Shown piece by piece: positions 23,551 to 37,010 of a DNA stretch of 64,000 nt. The first letter of the stretch is position 1, and every line of letters begins with the position of its first letter. Location: NCBI GenBank assembly GCA_951406725.2, contig OX597816.1:57040001-57104000 (forward strand), given 5' to 3'. Position numbers and translations under genes: made by a program. Source of the stretch: Octopus vulgaris (taxonomy: Eukaryota). Under the pieces are notes generated by a model. The model was not told the origin of the DNA, made no database searches, and saw only the letters and a program-made list of their open reading frames with translations.

Positions 23551-24202
23551 TACAGGGTAAATGTTTTTTAAATTTTCTCCTGGTTTACAGAATTAACTTT
23601 TATTTGCGGTTGAAGCTTTGGCTGTTATTTCTAGTGGGTGAATGGCCTATTATGGCCGTTCCTTGATTGTTGATATATATATATATATATATATATGTGT
23701 GCATGTATATATGTATATAATATGCATGTATATACATACATGCATGTATGTATATACATACATTCATATGTATGTATATATATATACATACATGCATACA
23801 CCAATGCAAGCACATTTACCCATATACATACAAGCATATACATGTGTGTATGTGCACGTGTGTGTGCGTCTGTGGATGGGTGTATATAATGCGTATGTTT
23901 ATACTTTGAATAACAGTCTGAAGTTTTTCAATAAAATACCACTATATTCTACACTTGATTTGGGAGCGCTATACTCTCCACCACCTTTTGCAGGTATGTG
24001 CTCGGATATGTATAATATAAACACACACGCACACGCACATTAATTAATTAATTCGCAATTAATGTGGAGTCATGTTTAAATATCCTCTCACTAGCCTGCG
24101 TTCAATCGCATGTATTTAAAGGGTTTTTTGGTAGCTTCGTAATGTTTGGGTATTAATCCAGTATGCAGGATATAAGTCTTGTCTTGATTTCCTTCCTTAA
24201 AA

Positions 24203-24257
<55 letters not shown>

Positions 24258-24278
24258 GTTAATTTTATATACATACAT

Positions 24279-24850
<572 letters not shown>

Positions 24851-25020
24851 ATATACAAATAAGAAAATGGAGGAACAAATTCATTTCAATCATTAACTTA
24901 CAAATATTACCATTTCATATTATTTATTAACTATATAAATAGGAACATCCAAATCGAACAAAACAATATACATCAATATGCAGGATAATAATACCATAAG
25001 AATAATACACATAAAATGGT

Positions 25021-25146
25021 CCTTACAGCTGTTTCAGCCTATAGATAAAAGTATCTGATTCTGCCTATATGAGTCAGATGTATTGAGGTAATATGCAGTT
25101 AAAAATGAGGTACTTATATATATAACTGAAGGCCTCGTCAGAAGTT
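25021..25146 (-). ncRNA. Hammerhead motif with long branched domain II
   Basis: Minus: ctt CTGACGA ggcct...aggct GAAA cagctg TA agg; internal hairpins cagtta/taactg and atctga/tcagat; weak helix I. Confidence 0.65.
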
Positions 25147-26704
25147 ATAAAGTACAATTATAAAAATGTAAATATAAAGATGAAACAAAATACACATACA
25201 TTTGGATATATATATACATAAGTGCTTATATATATATACATATATATAAGTATATATATAAAAATATACATACACATAAGGTTACGTATAATTAATTATA
25301 TGTACTGGAATATACATATACACCCATATCCATAAGTACATATACAATGTTCATTACATTACCAATATTATTATTATTATTATTAATATTAATATTAGAT
25401 TGTGTGCACTCTGTTATTCACAATACATATTAAATGAAATATACAACATAGAATATAGTATAATATAATATAATATAATCTATAGACAGATGTTTATGAA
25501 AGATGCAAGCTGGGTTACCCTCATAATCCCTATCTTACTTTGTACTATATATATATAGGATATATATATATATCTTTTTACTACTAATTCTTTTCTGAAA
25601 GACAAAGGCTCGAAACGTTAAACACTTCTATTTTTCCTGAGCTTTAAATACACCCTGTTTGTTGTTCTGTCACCTATTAGTGTTTTTCTGTATATTTTAT
25701 GATTATATATATGTGTGTGTAAAGACATATATGGGGCGAATAGGTGAGGGTAAGCATATATATGTACATATGCTTCTATGTTTGTATGCATATTTGTATA
25801 CACATGCGTAAGGAGGGGTCACCAGTGTATCGACCTCCAAAAGGGAAAAGCATAGGTTATATTGGTGTTGGATCCAGTGGAGGGGAATAAAATATGGGTG
25901 ATCAACGAAGGAGACAGATGTGAATTGGAATTAGCTGATGCATGGTAGCCCGAGATTAGTCGACTTCCAGGAACCAAGAACACTATTTTCACCAACACAA
26001 TATTGTGTTGGTCAATGACTGCATGCCACTCATTTAAGCAGTCTTTGTTTGAATCGGTCTCAGAAGTCTACATCTACATGTGTGTGTGTAGAACGAGTAA
26101 AGCAATGTCATTCATCCATGGTCGTATTCTTCATTGCATAACTGCTTCTTGCAATGCGTTTTAACCCTTCCATTTGGGCGGGATTTCAAAGTACTCGTCC
26201 CGCTGTTAACCTTGGACAGAACAATTTTGTTTCAATTTGTTTTGTTCATCACATATTTTGCCGGTGATTTAATCTGGGTGGTGATGCTTTATCTTGTATT
26301 TCTTAATCCACGATTAGTGTAAACACAGGTAACTTATATTAAACAAACACAATTAAATTTTACCAATTCGTCAATGCTTTACTAAAGCAATAACCTTTAA
26401 TGTTTTTGCTATTTGTCTTTGAATTTGTTTTTGGTTGTTCCATCAACAGGATTAGTTTATTTTTTTAAGTAATGACATCTATTGTTAAAAGTTCCATTTC
26501 TGCTTCTTTTTTCTGATTCTACATTATTTTCCTTTTTCTACTTCGCGTCTTTCTTAACTATTATAATTGTTACATAATAATTAATATTATTATAGCTGTT
26601 AATATTAAACCCACACGTTAAATCAATTTTATCTCTCTCACACACACACGCGCACAAATACAGACACCTACAAATGAACGTTAGGAAATCATTGTAATTT
26701 GTAC

Positions 26705-26751
<47 letters not shown>

Positions 26752-26755
26752 TATA

Positions 26756-27034
26756 TACTGTTGTGTCTGGGGAGAATCATTTTCTTTTTGTGCCTTTTTA
26801 TTTAACACACTCACCGGTAAAATTTCCACTTTTTTCTTACTTTTATTGTCCTAAAATTTTCGTTGCGTCTTGCAACCTTTTCAATGGTTTTAGAGACTCA
26901 AAACTATTGAAAAAGTTTGCAAGACGCAACGAAAATTTTAGGACAATAAAAATAGGAAAAAAGTGAAAATTTTACCGGTGAGTGTGTTAAATAATAAGGC
27001 ACAAAAAGAGAATGACACTCCCCAGACACAACAG
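26756..27034. mobile_element. Fold-back / MITE-like palindrome
   Basis: ctgttgtgtctgggga...ttttcaatggtttt and aaaactattgaaaa...tcccagacacaacag are ~135-bp imperfect inverted arms around a short spacer. Confidence 0.8.
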
Positions 27035-27097
27035 AATATGCTTCAACACACGAACTCATATAAATAATTTTGCAAAACAAATCCAAAGACGAAATAT

Positions 27098-27144
<47 letters not shown>

Positions 27145-29104
27145 TATGTGTAGGAGATGGGTTAAAACAAATTGGTGTCAGCAAAGCGCTTATCCCTAAT
27201 TGGTTAAACTAAAGTTATTTTGAATGATAAAATAATGTAAGGCAGACAAACGCTGACAGATGTCGCTTTTGTATGTCGACATAATCTCGCTTTAACTTTT
27301 CTTCTAACAGTCTGTCATTGATAAATGATAGAATCTTTACTAAATCCTTCACTCTCAGTCGAGAAATGTTCAAAAATATCTCGACGAAACAATATATTTT
27401 ATTCAAGATCTTTTAGAGTGAAGATATTTTCGGCTCCCTGTCAAAATTCCTCGCTAAACTGGTTCCCATTTGAAACTCATCCGAAACATTTTTTTTTTCT
27501 GCTATGGTTCTTTGCTTGTTTGTTTTTGTTTTTTTTGCAATGATATCAAAATCTTTATCACTTATTTAACGGATTCTTAGCCCAGGCTTTATGTCAATGG
27601 TGTGTGTGTGTGAGTGTGTGTGTTAGAGGGAGAAATAGAAACGTGAAAGAGAAGATACGAGATATAAAGAAACCTTAAAAAAGTAGAGAGAGAAGGTAAG
27701 ATAGAGAGAGAAAAGTGAAAGAAAGAGAATGAGAAAGCATTGAGCATATGTTGCTAATAAACTTCAATGTTACCTCATTAGCAATTTGGTTGCGTTGGCG
27801 ATAGAAGTAGAAACCAACAACCAGAAGAAAAGAATAAAAGAAAACAACAGAAAAAGTGTTTCTAAATTGAATTTGGGTCTCGTTTTATATCTTTCGTTTG
27901 TTTGTTTATCTTAGAAATGATTTTTTTAAGAAAAAGCATAAAAAATAAAGAACTCTCTCATTTTCTACCCCCTTCTTTCTCTCTTTCTCTCTCTTTCACT
28001 CTCTTTCTCTCATCATCCTCAATCCTGATAATTCACCCGAGACATTTCTTGTGAGTTTATTTTATTATTGGTTTTACTAAACATTTTTCCTACCATACTC
28101 CCTCCACAGTCTATCTGAAAATTCTATTTCAGTTGTTTACCATTTTTTCTGCCAGCAGAATTACGCCATTGCATTGGCAGCACCCTTAGAATGTCAGATG
28201 AAATCCCTTAGAAAGTATTTAGTTACGTTTTCTTAAGTTTTTAGTTCAAATCCCGCTGTAGTCGATATTGTCTTACATACCCCTTGGGTTGATAAAATAA
28301 ATGTACCAGTCAACTAACTGGGTCTTCACCTCATTCTTACAGTGCACGGTTTTTTCTAGCCAAGGGGTGGGGCAGTGGCTTATGCAACTTCTATTCATGT
28401 CACCAATGTCGTAACTTTTGTTGATTTTTGTTCAGATACAGATCATCTCTGACTGAACAGACGTGACCTTCCCATCGATTCTTCAAATAGTTAATCGAAT
28501 AGTTTTTTTCTTGCTTCCCTGTCTTTCAGCAGAGCGGTCAGTCTACGGTCGCCATGTTCTATGAGTTCCTCGGACAGTTTTTGTAGCACTCAAAAAGCGG
28601 TTACTAACCTTTACATCCCGCCACCTTCCATTTCTTCGAAGTTAACCTTTTCCCTCACTATCGCGAGTTAACCTTTTCCCTCACTATCCCGACAACGATT
28701 TACTCTCAGAGTAGCAGAACCTGTTCTGAAAGATTAAGAAAGACAAAAAAATTAATGCCATTACTTGAACTGGTATTTTATGAATCTCCAGAGGAACAAA
28801 AGGCAAAGTGGACTTTCGTGGGATTTGAGCTCAGGACGTAGTACTGCAAAGTAGTGGTACTACACTAACAGTTATGCCGATCGACAACCTTTATCACGCT
28901 TTTGTATGTCCTCTTTCTTTTTATATTCTATGTTGTGAATTGAGAAAACTCCTGAAATTAATTGTAGCAAAAATTAATTACATATTAATTATATTTTTCT
29001 TTATCACAAGGCCTCACAAGACCATTTACCTGGTTTCCGTTGCGTATAAGTGACCGAGATCACAACATTCTCCCCTGAACGGGCCACCGGTCCCTTACAG
29101 GGTT

Positions 29105-29305
29105 CAAGGCCAACAATTTAAAGGGAAGAGAGATAAGTCGATTACATTGACCCCAGTACGTGACTGGTACTTTATTTTATCGAGCCAGAAGGACTGAAAG
29201 GCAAAGTTGGTCTCGATGGGGTTTGAAGTCAAAACGTAAAGCATAAGAGGAAACGTCACAAAGCGTTTTGTTGAATGTGCTGACGATTCTATCAACTCAC
29301 CGCCA
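29105..29305 (-). mobile_element. SINE family B, degenerate
   Basis: gtcgattacattgaccccagtacgtgactggtact...aaaggcaaagt. Confidence 0.7.
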
Positions 29306-29587
29306 TATATTAATTATGCGGTCATTTTTAATTAACTGTATCTTAAGCTTAATCTGGATAATGATAAAGGTGACAGGAATTGTGGCTGAGGTGTTACACG
29401 TATGTTCATATGGTCGTGAATTCGATTCCTGGATCGGGCGTCGCATTGTGCCCCTTTGCAAAGCATATCATTTCATGCTGTTTCATTCTGCTCAGTTAGA
29501 AATGAGGAACATCAACCATCTTGCGCTTCAGCCTTCTCGTCCTCGATACTCTTTTATGCGAAGAGTGTCTATATCCGTTCGGGAATA

Positions 29588-30409
29588 TACAGCATGCGAT
29601 AGGTAAAATGTCGCCATTTTCTATTTCTAATTTCACGCATGTGCATTGCTTGTCTTTGATTTTGTCGGCTACACAGTACACAATTCACTCTACCAGAAAT
29701 TTGGAAACGACATGCTGTACTGCTTAGCATCCGCGCCTGAAGCTCCAACACGAACATTTCAGAGTGTTTGTGTGTGCATCTGAGGACAGTGCAATCTGAG
29801 GACATGTACTGAGTGTGATAAAAATCAAACATCCAGTCAACATCATGATGTTTGGAGTGATCACTAATGATGGTGACGTTATGTCTCCATTCATCTTCCC
29901 ACATGCCCCACACTCAACACGGAAACCGACATCAAGTGCCGGTAGGAGGTAGTGCTGCCCTGGGTCAAGAGGATGGCTGTTGGAAGACCCTGTGTCTGGC
30001 AACAGGACTCTGCATCATGTCGCTCTAGCAGGAGAACCTAGTCATGGCTGTCAGACAATTTCTGCAACCACATCACCCCTAACATCTGGCCACCTAACTC
30101 CCCATGTGAGTTATTATGTGTGAGGCGCTATTGAGCGAGAGACCAACAAAACTTCTTGTAACTGAAGGCAAAGATCATGGCAGCATTCACCAATTTAAAC
30201 AAGGAGTCTGTCCAGAAGAGTTGCAAAAGATTTCAAAGTCATCTGGAGATCATGGTTGAAGCCAATGGCTATTTTATTGAATAAATTTACTGTTTAGTAT
30301 TTCAAGATATTTTCATATAATTTCGGTAAATATATTGGTTAAAATAAGATGTCAGTGTACTTTTCATTTTTGCAGAATTTAGACGACAATTTAGTCACCG
30401 CAGGCTGTA
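29588..30409 (+). mobile_element. Tc1/mariner (maT/DD37D-like) internally deleted element with TIRs
   Basis: TA-cagcatgcgataggtaaaatgtcgcc...gacgacaatttagtcaccgcaggctg-TA; remnants KHPVNIMMFGVITNDG, WQQDSA, WPPNSP. Confidence 0.85.
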
Positions 30410-30749
30410 TATGTACTTTAAAAAAATGATCGAAAGTACAATACATGTTACCGACTCAAATTTGATTTACTAGAGAGTGCCAAGGGAAAAGATACAGATT
30501 CGCCATTCTTGATAACTAAATATTTCATCAGTTAATGCATGGCGTGCACTAATCCCTGTTATATTGGCAATTGAACAGGAAAAAAAGAACGATAACACAT
30601 TAGCACCATGAAGACATCTTTACCACCTGCCTAACAAGCGCCATAGCAATGGCCGAGTAAAATATGAAAGGATTTACTATAGCAGCCACATATAGTCACA
30701 TGAAACTAATCGAATATTCAGTTTAAACCAATTAGCAATAAGATAAAAT

Positions 30750-31180
30750 ACATTTACCTTAATCCCTTTAACTATATGGCTACTTAATATAACTAATTAT
30801 ATATTCATCTTCAATCACCTGTATATAACGGCTTTGATGCTACCTTAGTGTAATTATATAGTCGACCTTAACCTAATTAATAATATATTAGCCTTAAATA
30901 AGATAATCACTTTAAACTAATTATATATTCGCCTTTAGTTAATTATTTATCCGCCTTAAGCTCATTAAGTCGATATAATCTAATTACGTATTCATCTCAA
31001 CCTAATTTATTAAATTTTTAACCCAGCCCAATTATTTATCCTACTTACTAACCCAATTAATCTCATATTCACCTTAACCTAGTTAAAAAAATATTCACCT
31101 TAACCTAATTATCTATTCAACTTAACCTCATTAATCATATACTCTCTTTCATACATTCACCTCAGCCTAATTAATTATAA
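30750..31180. repeat. Degenerate AT-rich minisatellite (taacctaatta...tattcacct-type units)
   Basis: cttaacctaatt and atattcacct motifs recur at roughly 25-nt spacing. Confidence 0.65.
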
Positions 31181-32059
31181 TCATTACTTTATTTCAAACC
31201 CAACTGCATTCTCATTAAAATCTATTTAACGTTTATATATATATATATATATATATAATGCTACTGCTATTTAGCCCTAGGAAACACCGTTTCCAATTGA
31301 CCTTAACACATTTTCTGTGTTCGCATGTTTTCAAAGGGGGAGATAAACATCTCCACCCAGATATATATATATATATCTATAACTTTTAAATATGTTTAGG
31401 GGAAGCATTTTGAATATGTAAACACAGCTCCTATTCCATTATGCCGGCCACAGTCTTATGATGCTTAGTGGTGAACCAGTTTCCTGGGGGCTGCACCGAG
31501 CTGTACCGATATAATGCAGGATAAATAGAGTAATAAGGCGGAGCTCCAGCATGGCCGCACTCAGTTGACTAAAACAAGTAAAAGAATATAAGAATAATAA
31601 CGACAATAATCCTTGGATGGAATTTATAATTTTCTTCAATGCATCGCTACGCGCGTTTCAACAAATCGCATGACTCTTAGGATCACAGACCGTATTCCCG
31701 GGATGATTACGGTGTAGTCCATAGTATCCGTCGGCATCAGGTAGATCATGTTCATGGATTCACATGTGTGTGTGTGTGTGTGTACAGTGATGGATTCGAG
31801 AGTTTCGTTTATTTACGAGTTGATTTCTTAATTTCACTAGAATGTTAATACTTATAATGGAGAGACTTAAAAACAAGAATTAAATTTTTTTTAAATCGAA
31901 CTTAACAAATTTCCCGATAAGCAAGTGGTCATATCATTATATCCTACAACAAACTACAGTACGTTTGATTCTCTTGCCATCATTCAAAGACGTTGAAAAC
32001 ACTTCTCAAAGTTTATGCAATACTTTATCAAGTCTACTTTTAGCTGTCATGTCTCTTAG

Positions 32060-32550
32060 GCCGAATGTCCCTTAAAACGCACGTCTTGCATTCGCATCTC
32101 GACTTTTTTCCAACGAATCTTGGTGCCACAAGTGATGAGCATGGTAAGAGGTTCTTGCAGAACATATCTGAGATGGAAATGAGGTATCAAGCCTGGTTCA
32201 ATCCACGTATGATGGGTGACTACTGCTGGTTCCTACATCGGGAGACCAGCACGGCGCATAAGCGCAAGAGCAAGTGTATCAGACATTTCTGAGCTGAGCA
32301 TATCAAAAATAATGTAAGTATCCCCTTAACATGAATATACTAAGTACCATTATATTGTAATACTATTTGCCTTGAACATAAATTTACTACATACAATACT
32401 AATATATATAATTATTATTTCCCTTGAACTTAACTATTCCTGATTCTAATATAGTATTAATGTATAATTATGCGCATAACTCAAAATACTGACGTGCTAC
32501 AGCAATTCTGAGTTCAGATTTGGAATCAGTGTACTCGATTTAGTTTAGTG
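32060..32550 (+). mobile_element. Chapaev3-like (CMC) DNA transposon 3' fragment
   Basis: MSLKTHVLHSHLDFFPTNLGATSDEHGKRFLQNISEMEMRYQ...MMGDYCWFL resembles the conserved C-terminal transposase motif; candidate end ...tttagtg. Confidence 0.8.
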
Positions 32551-33650
32551 CAGTATCATTTGTCTGGGTAGCAGACAATAATTTTTTTCTTTATCCTTTT
32601 TTTTTTTGCCCAGTGTAATATATTCACTGATCTTGCGGAAACCCTACCGAGCTGAATAAAACTCGGTGTGCGCGTCTGGCATTCTCGTAAGTCACTGCTG
32701 AAACGATGTCTTCGTCGCTCCGATATGCATTGTGTTTGTAATACATGTCTGTGAAGTAATTTTCTCTCAAACGATTCCACAACATCAAACTTTTCCACGG
32801 CGATACGTTCAGGATGATACAAATAGCGATGTTAAGTTAATTCAGTTTCAATTTGCGCCCACCGAGTTCATTTACAGCGAGACCAAAATGTTTGCGATAG
32901 CAATGAATGCATTATTCAGTTTCCTGTTTATCGATGCATAAAATTTCGCCTTAGCAAGTAACAAACGAATTGACAATTCCCAAGTTTCTCGAGAGTCACT
33001 ACAGGAACGATGTTCGTCTCGCCCCAGTACATATATTGTTTTTAACACAGCATGTTTATGAAGAGATTGTATCTCAGACGATAAAAAACCTGTAGTACCA
33101 TGCTTTCATCAGCATATATGCATTTACAATGAGACGCAAATGGCTATTTTAAATGAATAGATTAACAGAACTTTTGTTAGGGTATGTACCTAAGGCAAAT
33201 ATTCATCGTGAACCGAGGAAATATTTTTAGCAGTTTTTCATTAAGTTCTCGTGAAGGTAAGAATCAACAGCTGTGTTAATCGTTTTGACGTTGAACGTGC
33301 TAGGTGGTCCTTCAACAGTTCCCGCCCAAACACGCTCTGGTATATTATTACACGATCATAACAGATTATATTTTGATTTCATTAATTTACGTTTTACTAC
33401 AAACTGACAACCGACATTAACATCTACAGCAGTGACTTCAACAACAGAAGAAGGAAGACGAAGAGGCGGATGAGGAGGAGCATTCCATTGTGTCATTTAA
33501 CAACTATATACTGAGTGGATGGGTCTGTCTAAACATATATCTATCTATTATCTCTAAGTGTATGTGTATGTGTGTGTTCGTTTGGTATCTGTGTTTATAT
33601 TTATATATGCATGTATGTATGTATGTATGTAGGTAGGTAGGTAGGTAGGT

Positions 33651-33698
<48 letters not shown>

Positions 33699-33944
33699 GT
33701 TCTCTTCTAATTATTTGAATTCTTCCCGTTAAGGAGAAGCAAGTTTCTAGCAAAAACACAAAGCAAATGTTGATCACGAAAACAATATCACATTTTGAAC
33801 TTGAGAAAAGTTTTTCATATTTCTATTCTTCCAGATGTTTATTGCTTTCGTAATGTGCGAGTCTGTTGGTTGATTTCATTTTCTGAAAATCCAAGGTTAT
33901 CCAGATTGTCACTTAGGCATTTACTCAGAAAAACCAAGAGCACC

Positions 33945-34246
33945 TATTTTGTGGGGAGGGAGCCAGTCAATTAGAACGAACCCAGTACGCAACTGGTACT
34001 TAACTTATCGACCCCGAAAAGTTGAAAGACAAAGTCGACCTCGGCAGAATTTGAACTCAGAACGTAGCGGTAGACGAAATACCTATTTCTTTACTACCCA
34101 CAAGGGGCTAAACACAGAGAGGACGAACAAGGACAGACAAAGGGATTAAGTCGATTACATCGCCCCCAGTGCGTAACGTAGCGGTAGACGAAATACCGCT
34201 AAGCATTTCGCCCAGCGTGATAACGTTTCTGCCAACTCGCCGCCTT
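33945..34246 (-). mobile_element. SINE family B with internal duplication and apparent TSD caagagcacc
   Basis: caagagcacc at ~33935 and 34247 flanks the element. Confidence 0.85.
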
Positions 34247-34473
34247 CAAGAGCACCAATTATTATTATTGGTATAAAAGGGAATTTATAAGCTTGAAATT
34301 TCGAAGCGGTTGTCCGTTGTTATTCTCCTTCTCTTCGATTTTCAAAGAGATTTTCACGTCAGCAGGACATCCGATCTTTGTGTTGCTTCATGCAGCTATT
34401 TTTCTGTCCCAAACTATGATGCCCGACTTGACAGATGTTTTGGTGAGAATGTTCCACCAATATGCATGTATCT

Positions 34474-34577
<104 letters not shown>

Positions 34578-34908
34578 TTCTATGGTGGAGATGCAAGCGG
34601 GGAAACGTAGCGAAAATGAGAAAGACAGAGTGAGAAGTGTTTGTGTACCGTAACTAAACTGGTTGTTGGGAAGGACTACTGAAGAACTTAGTCTCTATGC
34701 CAGGGTTCTAGGGAGGGTATTTGTAAGACAGGCATAAAAGAAAAACACAGGAACCCTTCACAGTCACTGAGGAGGGAATTCCAGGGAGTGGCAGTTGCAA
34801 GGCGTGAAGATTAACCAAAGTGTTTGGCGTGGCGTTCGTAGATAAGACGCATTATGTTGATCCAAGCAGTGGGGAGTATATAGCGAACTAGTAGATTGGA
34901 GCAGAGCC

Positions 34909-34909
34909 T

Positions 34910-34974
<65 letters not shown>

Positions 34975-35013
34975 GGTGGTGGTGGTGGTGGTGGTGGTGG
35001 TGGTAGTAGTAGT

Positions 35014-35079
<66 letters not shown>

Positions 35080-35080
35080 G

Positions 35081-35116
<36 letters not shown>

Positions 35117-35119
35117 GTA
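34909..35119. repeat. (GTA)n/(GTG)n/(GCA)n compound microsatellite
   Basis: Directly visible. Confidence 0.95.
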
Positions 35120-36113
35120 AGAAGCAACGGTAAAGTCAGTAGTTTTAGTTGTTGAAATAATCTGTTAATATTCAGTCGGATGACGTCCCTTCTCATCGCC
35201 TTCAATAGAACCCCAGCATGAATCGAACTCATCACTTCAAGATCCCACCCCGCCATCAATGTCATATTGCTCCTGCTTATGTTTCTTAGGGCGACGAGAT
35301 GTCCCCATTGTGTTATATAGATTTACAAGAAATAAGCTGGACTCTGAGAATTGAGTAACTAAACAACAAACACTACTGTGTATCTATAAACCACCAAATT
35401 CGTGTGTGATTGGCTCTCATTGATCACATTCACAAGATCGATACCCTGTTATGTTTTATTCAATCAATATATTTGTACCGTGGTAAGTATAGAGGAGAAT
35501 TATTGATTTATTTCTTTTTACTTTTTTATTTCACCTTCATCTTATTATAACATTGAATATTTTTACTGTCGGCTAATTGGTATTTTTGTAGCTGAATAAA
35601 CCATGATCTGCATATCTGTGACACCCCAACCGTGACAATTCCTTCTTTTAGTAGGATAATCTAGAACTACATTATCTATTGCGTCGTTCCCTTGTTTCAA
35701 GATAGCAGGGTATAATTTGAGGAAGATTTAGCTGCTATTTCCAGTACTAGCAAATCTACCCATCTACGATGGAGGCATAAAATGAGGGAGGGCAGTCATA
35801 ACAGCAATATGTATTGAGAAATGTGTAAATGGACCTGATAGATTACTGGGTGATGTCTTAGAGAATTCACATTATTCTGGGTGATACAGCATTCTATTGC
35901 AGTTATATGACATGTCTTTGCGACTAAATGACATGTGATGACGATTTACTCTCGAATTAAAATAGGCTCCCAGCCTTTGTATCATGAATGGTTATGTGGA
36001 CCACTCCTAACGAAAGCCAGAGTTTCCTTCGACCACTACATAAAAAGTATTAAGAAAAAAATGTTATTTAGATATACTTTTATTTTAGCGTTTTACACTA
36101 TTTTACGCTTGGT

Positions 36114-36435
36114 AACATTCTCACCAAAACATCTGTCAAGTCGGGCATCATAGTTTGGGACAGACAAATAGCTGCATGAAGCAACACAAAGGTCGGATGT
36201 CCTGCTGGCGTGAATATCTCTTTGAAAATTGAAGAGAAGGAGAATAACAACAGAAAACCGCTTCGAAATTTCAAGCTTATAAATTCCCTTTCATACCAAT
36301 AATAATAATTGGTGCTCTTGAAGGCGGCGAGCTGGCAGAAACGTTAGCACGCCGGGCGAAATGCGTAGCCGTATTTCGTCTGTCGTTACGTTCTGAGTTC
36401 AAATTCCGCCGAGGTCGACTTTGCCCTTCATCCTT
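36114..36435 (+). repeat. Inverted duplicate of ~34175-34452 (unique flank plus SINE B head)
   Basis: aacattctcaccaaaacatctgtcaag...ggtgctcttgaaggcggcg is the reverse complement of 34240-34452 with scattered substitutions. Confidence 0.9.
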
Positions 36436-36599
36436 AACTTAACTTTATGACACGTTTATACATTCATTGTTCACAAAATTTCTTTATTTAAATTATGAAT
36501 CATCTTCCTTCTGATAATATCAATATGATTACAAAACTTCTTTGTAGACGATATTTTTGTTTGGTCGACACTAATTTTCAAATCTCTGAAGTCCGTTGC

Positions 36600-37010
36600 T
36601 CTACCCACAGCGACGTATAACCGGCCGTGGGTAAAAATACACCTACATGATTTAGTCTGGCCCTGTGCCTTGTGTGCTGTGAATGCGCTAGCGGAATCTT
36701 TAGGAATCCGCCCATCTACGATGAGAAATAAAGAGATAGTATCGCAAATCTAAAGCCTCTAAATTCACGAACTGTACAGAGTGGAAATCCAGAGTTAATC
36801 CTCGTCGCTGGAATTTTAACAAAAACAAAAAAAAAATCAAAGGTGATTTATTAATACAAAACTCAATATCCAATAAATAATAATACATTTTCACCTTTTT
36901 TTCTTGATTACTTCCTTCGTAATCCCGAAAAGCATCGTGACCATTGGTCCAGCCGTTTGACTGTGAAAAGGGAAAAGACAGACGGACACAACGCCCATTA
37001 TAGTAAGAAG
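36600..37010 (-). mobile_element. Possible Helitron-like non-autonomous element
   Basis: acccacagcg...ggccgtgggt hairpin at one end; acagacggacacaacg...attatagtaaga at the other, like 2086-2471. Confidence 0.45.

Larger units (their letters stand above)
22345..23674. mobile_element. HHR-bearing non-coding tandem/inverted element (retrozyme-like family 2, ~492-bp monomer)
   Basis: Monomers start at 22345 and 22838 (second ends ~23217); inverted arm ~23216-23674; near-identical; (TA)n on both flanks. Confidence 0.9.
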
